Assembly (NCBI GenBank): GCA_038496445.1
Contig: JALMLS010000562.1
Coordinates: forward strand, 62,001-126,000
DNA: 64,000 nucleotides
Source: Trichosphaerium sp. ATCC 40318
Taxonomy: Eukaryota; Protista; Tubulinea
Direction of reading: 5' to 3'
In this document: piece after piece, positions 13,265 through 23,934 of the stretch
How positions within the stretch are numbered: the stretch's first letter is position 1
Layout: each line of letters starts with the position of its first letter
Made by a program: the position numbers and the translations under genes
Notes under the pieces: model-generated
What the model saw: the letters and a program-made list of their open reading frames with translations, nothing else
Database searches by the model: none
What the model was told of the DNA's origin: nothing

Positions 13265-14753
13265 ATGTCCTTCACCGCTTCCCTTCTGTACCCTATCTCC
13301 TGTGCGAGCAGCTCCAAGCGAAAGTCAGTTACTCAAGGTCGCCGAGACGCTCTATCCAACGATTCCCTGCCTACGAAGAGAATAAAGGTTACTATATCGT
13401 CTGGTACGCTTTACATCTACGCTCAAAAAGTAGAATTCTAGTGTTTGTCAGCCGTCAACTTTGCTTGTTCGCACAGTTTGGACATGTAGGAGGGAATTTC
13501 TCTTTTCACGGTGAACCATACCCAAAAAATCACTTGTTCAACTCTCCACCCGATTTTTCGTTCTGTTTTTTTTTTGACAACCTAAAAAAGTTTTCTCCTG
13601 AATCTTGACTTCCATTTACGGTGTTGTAGTGAAAGTAAGCTCCGATGACGCACCAAAGACTGAGTTTCGTGACCTACCAAGTGAAATCAATATCGAAATA
13701 CTACACTTCTTGACGTGGGAGGAGAAAATGCCTATTACCACTGTATGTAAAAACTGGAATAAGTGGATCCACGAGCATACAACTCATATTAAAGTAACAA
13801 GGGAGTTTAATAACTTGGTACGTATAAATTTCCATTTTCAGGCGAAAAGTTGTACCGAAAAAAGAAAAAGGTTCTAATTTGTCTACTAGGTTTGTGCTTT
13901 CCCTCATATTACCCATTGTAAATTCCTAGTTGAATGCGATGAGTATGAGATACTCACTAGATGGAAACGCCTACAAGTAAGTTTTTTTTTGAGTCGAGGA
14001 GTAACTTTTTTATTTTTCTTTTTTCTCTTTGCCTTTACGTTGAGTTTTCAAAGAGTTTTCCTAACTTTTTGTTCTAAAAAAGGCAATATCTTGGGGAGGC
14101 ACTTCTGATATGACTTTTGGTCAGTGCCCACGCGGATTGCTTGATGTTATGGGTAGAATATCCTCTCTTCGCCATGTACAGTATGTGCAGATCACGTCGA
14201 GCGTCTTTCCTTGGATTCTTATTTTTCATTTAGTATGCACCATAAAGAAGGAAGTTGCAGTACTTGCGCTGAGCGATACGGCTGGTTAAAACAGGTACTT
14301 TTGATAGCGCTTTTTTCAAGCTATTAACGAGTTGGCTTTAGTTGAAGACCCTTAAGCTTGAGAGCATGGGATCGTTGAGAACTGACATTAGATCTAATAT
14401 TGTGACCCTCAAAAATTTGGAACATTTAGCACTTATTGACTGCCGATTTGATGCAACAATCGTAAGATTTTTTAATTTTCTTCTGAGTACTTACAACACC
14501 CTAAAGGGATTCCAAGACGAAAATTTCTTTGATGATGTATGCAAACTTGATCATTTGAAGAAGTTATCTGTATCCGAAAATGCTTTTACTGCATGGGAAC
14601 GAAAGCAACTGAAAAAGCAATTTGGGAAAAAGTACACAAAAAAACCGTACAGTGGTTTTCCTGTTTACTTACAGTTTCACCTTTAGGATGTTACTAACTG
14701 CACCATACATCGAAGATCAAGAGGATGCTGCTACAGAGCCAGCTCAGGAATAA
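13265..14753 (+). CDS. F-box + leucine-rich repeat protein, multi-exon
   Basis: FRDLPSEINIEILHFLT...TTVCKNW F-box; LKTLKL/LKNLEHLAL/LKKLSV LRRs; first coding intron about 13404-13629. Confidence 0.75.
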
Positions 14754-15031
14754 ACGTCATGACAGCACATTAGAGCACGAAGCTACCGAAATCAAAAAAT
14801 AGTGCTTTTTTGTTTTTGACGCGCAAGCAGCGCGCCCCTTACCCCGCGTGTTGGTTGCATAAAGACGCACACCTCGGCTGAAAGACTCTACGGAGAATTC
14901 GTCAATATCAATGACTGTATGGGAGGAAAAATTTGAACTGAAAACTTACAAGACTTTTGTACAACTAAATTATTTTATTCCTATTAATACTCCGTCTACA
15001 GTTCTTTTTCTCTGGTATTCTTGAGTTTGTT

Positions 15032-16243
15032 TTAAGTTTTGATTAAACCACCTGATACTCCTATTATGCGCTTGACTTTGGTTAGTCTTGCTATTCCTTC
15101 TGTTGTCACGTGTAGGCATCCTCCTAATTTGAGTGTATGTACGTTGGTCAAAAAAGCCAAACCTTCGTCTGTTATTAGTGTGCGTGACAGGTTGAGGAGG
15201 TAAACTTTCGATAGATATTGCATCCCATCATCAGTAACATGCTCGCAATGGCTTATATTAACGCTATATGCCTTGGTAAGAGCCTTGATGCCGTCATCCG
15301 TGATTTGACTGCAGTAGCTAAGATTAATAGTATGAACTTTACAACAAATAATCTTCAAGGTTTCGTCAGTGATGTTGACGCATCCACCCAATTCGAGAGT
15401 GTGAGCCCCAGAAAGTGCTCGTATGCTTTCATCGAGTATACCATAACACCCAGTAAGATCAACTGTGTGCGCTCCAGCAAGCGCTTTCACATCAGTGACT
15501 TGAGTAAAAGACAAATCAATTGTATGAATTCCAGCCAAGCTACTCAAATCAGTGATAGCTGTACACCCAGCGTCAAGTGTATGAATACCAGCCAGATTAG
15601 AGATTGACGAGTTAGTGAGACTCGCGCATGCCCGACAGTATAGCTTTTTTACGCCAGCCAACGCTTTTATGCCTTCATCAGTTACTAAGTCTAAAGATAA
15701 AATATCGATAGTATGCACACCAGCCAAAGCCTTAATGCCTTCATCAGTTACCTTTCTACAGCAAGCCATGTGAATCTCATGAACGCCTGCTAGCGCTTTA
15801 ATGCCTTTATCAGTTACTTTAGAGCAGCCAGTGATATTTATAGTATGAATTCCAGATAAGTGTTTGAGAGCTTCATCTGTTATGTTAAAACAACCGGCAA
15901 TGTTGATGACCCTCACACAAGAGAAGCTTTGGATGAGCTCATCAGTTATCGACGACTTTATACAACTCTTCAAATCGATATTCTTTACATCCCTTAGATG
16001 CCCAGCCCCTTCTGCTGTTGTAAGAAATATACGAGAGTTACGAACAAGAGCCGGACATGAACTAACTACTCTCGCTCCTTCACTGCTTCTCACAATAACA
16101 TGCTCATACCCAATCCTCTCGTGGATAACTTTGGATAGTACACTACAGCTCTGTACAGCATTACAGCGCGCAGTATCTGGGAGGTGATTCAAGATTTCAC
16201 CAATAATTTCGTAAGGAAGACTCAATAATATAGCAGTCGCCAT
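15032..16243 (-). CDS. Intronless F-box + ~22-aa LRR protein (403 aa)
   Basis: LLSLPYEIIGEILNHL F-box followed by repeated (I/V)TDEGIKALAGVHTI units in a single ORF. Confidence 0.9.
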   Translation of the reverse strand: MATAILLSLPYEIIGEILNHLPDTARCNAVQSCSVLSKVIHERIGYEHVIVRSSEGARVVSSCPALVRNSRIFLTTAEGAGHLRDVKNIDLKSCIKSSITDELIQSFSCVRVINIAGCFNITDEALKHLSGIHTINITGCSKVTDKGIKALAGVHEIHMACCRKVTDEGIKALAGVHTIDILSLDLVTDEGIKALAGVKKLYCRACASLTNSSISNLAGIHTLDAGCTAITDLSSLAGIHTIDLSFTQVTDVKALAGAHTVDLTGCYGILDESIRALSGAHTLELGGCVNITDETLKIICCKVHTINLSYCSQITDDGIKALTKAYSVNISHCEHVTDDGMQYLSKVYLLNLSRTLITDEGLAFLTNVHTLKLGGCLHVTTEGIARLTKVKRIIGVSGGLIKT

Positions 16244-16487
16244 TGTAAAACAGCTTCAGCGGTGTTGTACTACAAGACAAAGTAGCGGTTACACCTTTTG
16301 TCGGTTAGCACGTGATTAATAGTTTTTTGTAGTTAAAACATCGCACCTGACGTAAATATGATGTGTAGTTGCTGTAATTGAAGTTAACGTTTTGTTTTGA
16401 CTTTACAAGGCAACAGTTCTTTGTACAACTTATTCGTTCAGTTTAAGTCGTATTTTGAAGCAATTAGCACTCTGTGGTAAGCCCATC

Positions 16488-17653
16488 ATGAATATCTTAC
16501 CACACAAGAGTTGGCATGTATGGAAATACGATAATAGGCTTAAAGTATTACGTGACGAGAAAGAACATAAAGAAAAGGTCAAAGAAGAACGTAAACGTAA
16601 ACGGGCTGCAGTATGTGAAATAAAACTACAATTTCGACAATAACGGCTCTAATCATAATTCCATAGGATCAAGAAGCGCGATATAAGCGTATACGCAAGA
16701 AACACAAGCCAAATGACCCTCTCGAAGAAGAAACAGCAAAACAAGCAGAAGGAGTGGTGCCACCTGGTATGGATGAGCCTGCGCCTATGAGCTCGTCGTT
16801 ACATGAACACGTTAATTTATTTGGTACGTTACAACAATTTTTTCGCCATGCCTTTTCCCTTATCCCGTACGTAGGCCATTTGGAGAAAAAAAGCATACAC
16901 GGAAAGAAGTTTATAAACTCGAAGAAAGCTGCACCTCATCCGGATAATGTTGCTGAGGAAAAGTATAAAACAGATAAGCTTGAGAGACGGTGGACAACGT
17001 ACTTGGGTCAGAGCTCTGCAGAGATGAAAAGTACGTGGTCTGGATTCAGCAATGCCATTTTCTTTTTGTTGATCTTTTTTTCTCGTTTTGTTGCAGTTGT
17101 TATGAGGTTTAATGTAGCTTATACTTTTTATTAAGAGGTTAAACCGTGGTATTATGAAGAGTCAGCACCAAAAACCTCTTGGGAGGTTAGAAAATCTGAG
17201 AGACGTAAATCAGAAATAGATCCTTTGAAAGACCTTCAAACGTTTTTAAAAGCAACAAAAGACTTCAACGAAGACGAGAAAAAGCGAACTGAAAGAGATA
17301 AAAGATATCAACAACGTCTCACGCCTGGGAGAAGACAAAGACGTATTGAGCCACGCCGTGATAGGCGTAGTGAAGATAGAGATGTAAGAGATAAGGAAAC
17401 AGATAAGTCAAGCAAGAAGAAGGACAAGAAAGACAAGAAGAAAAAGCACAAAAAACATAAACTTACAAAAGAAGAGAAAATACAAAAAATGCGTCAAGAG
17501 AGACTTGAACGAGAGAGTAAAGAGAGACAGCGTATACTTGATATGAATAAACCACAACCAAGGAATAGAAGGAATAATAACAGGAGACCAAATGGTTCAC
17601 GACGAAATATTCGTTTAGAACGTGGTGGTGCAAAGTTACGCAGTGATTACTAA
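16488..17653 (+). CDS. LENG1: LENG1-like spliceosome protein (Cir_N domain)
   Basis: MNILPHKSWHVWKYDNRLKVLRDE, YLGQSS, PWY, DPLKDL, K-rich tract, IQKMRQERLERE. Confidence 0.85.
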
Positions 17654-18573
17654 TTCCTTAAAGTCGTCTTGATTGTAAATAAGTTGTAAATAAAAATCAA
17701 AACCCTCAAGCTTTTTTGTAGACAAATACAGTACACAAAGACATACGAATTTGATGTAGTAGAAAATTTCTTTGCAAAATGAATACACGTGATCGCGCGT
17801 TATTGAGGTAAATTCATTACCTCACAAGTTATGCAACAGGATAGTGATAAAGGGTCCTAGTTTAATTGAAGGACTACAAGAACGTTTCTTTTCTGAGTGT
17901 TCGACATCTTAAAAAAGCGCCATTCATTAATTTGATATGAGCTCTAGTACTAGCACAGTGCATCAGTGTGAATTGTTCAGGGATCTGAGCTAGGTATAGC
18001 GTTAAACTACCTTTGGACTGGATTTGGGAGGTATATTCTTAGCTCGCTGTAGCAATTGCCACAACCCTGCACTATGTAAGTTACGGTAACAACGCTGAGG
18101 CATCCACAGTTGTAGAGATAACTGAACAGTGAACGCTTATCCTCGCGTCTTGTTAGGACTGAAAATTTCTGTAAACTGCTTTGTGATTGCGGCAACTACA
18201 AGGACTGGCTAGTTACTCACGTGCTCAACCTACAAGCCAATGTAACTGAATTACTTGCGACTGTAAGCTGACGCAAACTTCATTACGGGTAGGAACCAGC
18301 GCTTTCATTGAAATAGCTATGACGTTACCAACAAGTTTATGCAAAATCGGATTTTACCCAACGACTAGTACTGTCTCTCAGAAGATACAAATTATTGCAG
18401 CAAACGTTTCGTGACGTTTGTGTTGTGAGTCAAACATCGCTACAGTGATGTCATAACACGTGATAAAAAAAAAGAGCAAATACTACAAAAGTTGTGATTC
18501 GTTACTTATCCAAAAGAATCATAATCACAACCAACACAACAACACAACTTATCTACGACTCTAAAAGCAAAAC

Positions 18574-18987
18574 ATGGGAAAAAACGAGACCACACTCAAG
18601 GCAGCGCTCGGCGGGAAAATATCTAGTAACTACGAAATTCTGGTGGATGGCACTGCATCACATACACCACCAAATAGCACAACCGGATACACTTGTTTGC
18701 TTGTGTACACAACAAACAGCACAAAAGCAATAGTCGCAAAGGGCGGCACTTTCGACAATGGTAGTCAACAATCTGAGCACGAAAAGCTCTTCAGGTATGC
18801 ACAAACGCACGGTTGGATCCCACAGAACACGAATCGAGCTCATGTTAGTGGATGGAGTATTGACTCAAACGGGGTGTTTGGGTATCATTCTAGCACTTTC
18901 AACATAGTTCTTGGCAGTACCGGGATTGAAGCGTCTAGAAACATGGCCCAATTCGAAAAAGACTTGTTGGAAGACATGTTTACCTAG
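18574..18987 (+). CDS. Intronless 137-aa hypothetical protein
   Basis: Clean ORF with an A/C-rich leader (aaaacATG) and AATAAA downstream; no family recognised with confidence. Confidence 0.7.
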   Translation: MGKNETTLKAALGGKISSNYEILVDGTASHTPPNSTTGYTCLLVYTTNSTKAIVAKGGTFDNGSQQSEHEKLFRYAQTHGWIPQNTNRAHVSGWSIDSNGVFGYHSSTFNIVLGSTGIEASRNMAQFEKDLLEDMFT

Positions 18988-19432
18988 GCAGCTCATACAT
19001 CCATCCATAGTGTAGTACATTTGAATAAATACAATTGCAACTTCAACATGTGTCAAAATAGTTTGGACAATTAGCTTATCTTTGTATTCCGCAGTTGAGC
19101 CAAATGAGGCTGAACTTCACCATTGTGTTGCAGTCATGGCCTTCTGATAGCGAATATCAAGAGGTCAGTTCACTAAAAGGTGTTATTGTAACTGTTGATG
19201 GACTGCCACTGATTGAAAACAGTTACTATGATTAAGGTTATTGTTTATATAATAAAACCAACACCTAGCAATATATATAGAGATGGCCGTTAACAGCTTT
19301 AGCCGTTTAAGGTTCTAAAATCCGCTAAAAAAATAAAGGTGAAAAGTACAAAGATTCTGAGGTTGCGTAGATTTACAAGTGAGTGCTCTGATACTCCAAA
19401 CATAGAGGGAAAAGCTTTTATACTTTTATTGG

Positions 19433-21532
19433 TCACACATTCTTGGCATATGTGTCACCAAGAGCACCGCTACCAGTAATAAGGTTACAGTGGGTAATAT
19501 AGAACAAATTGCATATAGAGTTGTCGTAGCTTGTAAAGAAATAACATCTGGAATCAGCACTGCAAAGAGCCTGGCATTCGGCTTTGGTTACAGAAGTGTC
19601 TCTAGGGAAAGCACACTCACCTGCACCACCAACCCAGTCGCAGTGGGTTACAGTTGAACCTGTATAGTAACCGTCACAGTAGACAAACTCACCACGATGC
19701 ATATCTTTACGACATCCTTGGCAAGTTGCTGTAGAGCCTATACGAATTGCAGAATATGCACTAGCAATAGTAGGCGCAGTAGATGGAGCATCGGTTGTTT
19801 GAGCTGGTGTTGGAGCATCAGTGGGGGCGTCGGTAGGAGGTGGCGTCGTTGTTGGATGTGTATTTGGGGCGTCGGTAGGTGCTGGTGTGGGACATGACTC
19901 TTTCGTTAAGAAAAAGTTTGATGCTGGAACTACGTGAATCGACGTAGACGATGGAAGTTCCCATTCCAGTTTGCCTTCGGCATGTCCAGTTTGATCGTAC
20001 ACCTCATATACAATTGTATAGTAAGACCCACCAACCATGTATCTACTTCCTGACATAACCTTGGAACCAGGAAAGAACCTACAAGAAATTATTAGAAAAC
20101 AACTTTGGATACTGACGAATTCGCACGTGTCAATTATTAGCTTATCTCCGATGTACAACTTTCCTCCATCATTTGATGTTGTGGTAAACTTATACTCACC
20201 AGTTATAGGAGCTTTAATATAGCCCTAGAATATCATAAGAAATATTGTTGGTTTTGAGTGACAGTGTACACTCCATCTAGCTGCAAATCGATCTGCATTA
20301 ACACCAGGTGCTGGCGATGCGGTTTGCCAGTTATTGTTGATTACTGAAGCTTTCTCAGTACGGACTAACGTGTAAAAGACAGTACTTGTATCGTATGATC
20401 CTAGATAGTTATAAAACTCCAAACGAAGTCCGTTTGCCGATAGTGCAGCTTGGCAAGCTAAATAAGAAACAAGTAAGAAATCAGTCAAAAAATGGTATTC
20501 GTCATACCAGACTCGATTGGTCTACAAGTACGAACCGATAGTCCCAAGAAATTGCTTGATGGGCAGTTTGGAAACGCTGAAACTCTTGCGGCAGTCTCGG
20601 CCCACGATTTTCCTGGAAAAGATATGAGGAGCCGAATTTTGTAAGAGAATTGTACCATCGCAAAGCTTGCTTCTACAATCGGCACAAACGGTTGTCATGT
20701 CAGTTTCAATAAAACCTTCAGGACAATCAGCAGGTGTACCGAATCCTCCAAAACATTGAGTGTCGTAGCAGTAGTTGTTAGGAGCTGTAGCGACTTTGAA
20801 AACAGCATCTATAGATGGTGATTACGAAGCAGGTAGCAAAGTGCGCACCATAGCAAAGAGCGTTGTCATGCCAAAATGCTTCTTCTTGTGGCCCTGCATA
20901 CCATGAAGCGCAAGTCCAATCAACTTAAACAAATTAGAGATACATAAAAGGGTAAGATTTGACGTACAAGGGCGATTGGTGTAGTCGTATGTCCATTGGA
21001 AGTTCAAATCAATGCTGCTGTCCCAGCAAAGATAGCTACTATCCCACGAATCAGGATCGAGTGGTTCATGTATGCGCTCACAACTTTTGCCAGCAATTGT
21101 GCCACTGGTACTAAACTCAAAAGCATCTAGTAGAGATTAGTCGAAGAGATAAAATCTATTGTATGTACCATAGGCTCCTGTATGAGCTGTCCAACACCAA
21201 TAGTTATCATCCCAAGAATGAACGCTAGGCTCGCTACTTGTTGCGAGAGATACACAGTACATGTTCTCGACTGGGCCGCGGTATGAAAATTTGAACAAAG
21301 GGTGAGCGCCAATAGAATTGGCTGCTTCAGCCTTGCGTTTTTCAAAGGCTTGCTGTTCGGCTGTTGTAGCAGGATAGTCTAGAAAAATAGACAAAGTTAG
21401 ACCTTGTTTTTGATGATCAGTTGAAGTACCCGCCACTATGCAGTATGTGAGTGCAAGTATTATCAAACAAGTCAATGTCTATGCTAGAGTCAGTGGTGCG
21501 ATATACAGCAATACACGTACAGTTGTTGTCAT
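19433..21532 (-). CDS. Secreted modular protein: W-x-D-N-x-x-C repeats + Cys-rich segment + PA14 + Pro/Thr stalk + PAN/apple-like C-terminus
   Basis: Signal peptide TLTCLIILALTYCIVAG; SWDDNYWCW, SWDSSYLCW, FWHDNALCY; PA14 GLRLEFY..DRFAARWSGYIKAP..NDGGKLYI; PTDAPT repeats; ECQALCSADSRCYFFT. Confidence 0.8.
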
Positions 21533-22764
21533 GCCTGTTAGACTTTGATAACTGTCTTAAACCTTGGTAGAAATCTCATGATTTTTTTTCCAGTTTTTTT
21601 CATCCAGCGCTTGTTTTGTCGAAAAAATTGCTCAAAGCCTCGTAGTCGATTCATATTGTGTCCTAGCGATTCACAACACAAAACCCTCTTCTACGTCAAC
21701 TATCGAAAAATGTTCTGTGAAAATGACACTTTGTTGCTTACTTTCGTCTTCGTTTTCGCTTGCCGTTCGTTGTCATAGCTATGTAGCCGCAAACTATTTA
21801 CTGTGACGAAACCAGTGAGTTCAACTGACTGACTATGTTCTTTGATTGTTTTGTACGTATGTTCCTCATTCTTTAAATCAAAGTACAGTTACGTCATAAC
21901 CTATGAATGTCAATACATGCGTGTTTGGTACCAATCGGTTGCATCATGTCGAAACACAATTTCCTGTTTTATTTGAAAAGCACGAAAAAAAAAGGAACGG
22001 AAACTGCGATTTTGTTCGGAGATAGGATTTTTTCGCATTAAAGTAACAAAACAAAAACTAACAAAAAACATGCCCAACAAATGTTTACGTCGTTTACTAA
22101 TTCTCAGTGCTACTGCGTTATTGTGGCTGTAATCAATTACTTAATGTCTTTGCGCATTGTGTTTTCGAAAGATAAACAGCTGCCAGAGTAGACTAGGTGA
22201 ATAGGCACTAGTATCTCAGGTTTTTTTGAAAGCAACTTTTTTATTATGTTGCTACTATGGAATGTTGTAGGACTTACAATGGGACTCTGTCTAAAGCTAA
22301 ATTTTGTTTCAAATACGACGCTCGTATTAACTGTGATACATTGTGGCAAAGCCAAATACCAGAGTCATGTTACTCAAACTCGAAATAAAATTCTCAAAAC
22401 AGCAAATAACCATCATGGCACGTCTTGAAATTGGCCGACAACCTCTGTAATTGTTGTGTTAACTTTTGTTAAAAAACTTAGCACCCTTTACCGTAGGCAG
22501 ACAAAAGTTGTACCTTACTATAGCTCTAAATACTCTTAGTATCACGTGACAATGTATTACACTATCAATTACTGGTACCAATCTTGCTGCAAACAACACT
22601 TGAAAGAGAGGGAAACTGTTACTGTTACAATCAACGAACTTAAGTAATGCGAGAAGGGTTAGTTACAAATGAGGGTTTTATTGAGTTGTTGGGTCACTTT
22701 ATTTGGAGTTTGACAGTACCTGTCAAACAAAATGACTAACAGCTTGTAGTACACATTTGGAAAT

Positions 22765-23824
22765 TTATTTTCCATTTTGCATATCTTGAAAAGCACTTGT
22801 AAAGCTAAACTTCTTCTTAGCGCCACCTTTAGCTATAAAAAAAATAGTAAGGAATAAGTAATAGAATACGCTATTATTACCTCTGTTTGCTTCTCTTCGT
22901 TTTCTTGCAGCTTCACGTGCTTTCTTATCTTCTTCTGCCTTTCTTTTTTCTTCTTTTATTCTATTTTGCTCTATTCTAACCTTTCTTCCTTCTTCTTGTT
23001 TTACCCTTTCCTACACCAAACAAAGACATTAATAACAAAGTTCAAATTGTGACAACAAGCTAACCTGTTCCATTTGCTGTTTCCACGAGCTGACAGCACC
23101 GTCTCTGCGTACTTTATTCTTATCTTCTAGGGCACGTTGTTGCTCAAGAGCGGCAGCTAGAATATTGATTAGCAATAATTCACAAAGCTAGCTGGCATGC
23201 CTTTGTCTGCTGCTTGGTGTCTTTGCTTTTCCTTGGCTTGTGCATCCATATTTTGTCTATGTTGCTGCCAGAGTTGTGCTTCTTTTTTCTTTTTCTGTTC
23301 AGTTGCTGCTTGTCTACGACGCTATTGAACCGTTAAGGGGTTCAAATAATACACGGTTTTTTAAATAACGCGTACTTCTTTTTCTGCTTGTTCTTTATCC
23401 TCTGCCATCTTTGCTTTGCGTGCTTCTTCAGCATAAGCTTCAGTCATTCTCGTTTTACGTTCTTCCTTTTTAGGCATTAGGTAAGTCAACTAACACGCAG
23501 GTTAACCTCGTATTTCGCCCATTCTTCGGGTTCAGCGTTAGCAGCTGGCTGGTTTTGCTTCTCGAGTTCCAATGCTTCTCTGTGCTTGCTAAATGATGTT
23601 GGTGCATACGCTAGGCGTAGGCAAGTACCGTGTAGCTTCTTTTGCTTCGGCTTGCTCCCGCATTATTTGTTCGTGCATTTCTTGCTCTGAGCGAGCTTGT
23701 TCGCTCTGGCGTTCCTAATAACAAATTTGTACTGGTACATTTTACGGAAGCTAACCTTTATTGCTTGTTGCTTTTCCAACGTTAATTTCTCCCAGTTCTT
23801 ATCTAGCTCGTCGTAAATATCCAT
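22765..23824 (-). CDS. Charged coiled-coil protein, multi-exon
   Basis: E/K/Q/R-rich exons splice in frame. RRDGAVSSW weakly recalls the DNAJC8 C-terminus, but no J-domain is present. Confidence 0.65.
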
Positions 23825-23934
23825 TTGGAAGCGTACTATTTGTAAAATCTATGGTTTTAAAACAGGTCAGGCAATTTCTTTGTCTTGCAATTACACCTAT
23901 ACAATTAGCTTGGTAGACTACAAGGACTGTAAAA

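Noticed and set aside
19780-19890. Short direct repeats as a CRISPR-like or mobile repeat
   Set aside because: They encode the PTDAPT mucin-like stalk of the PA14 protein
21550-22750. Long intergenic region as a transposon remnant or ncRNA
   Set aside because: No terminal repeats, transposase fragments or RNA motifs that I can support; only a weak short resemblance to about 43580-43660
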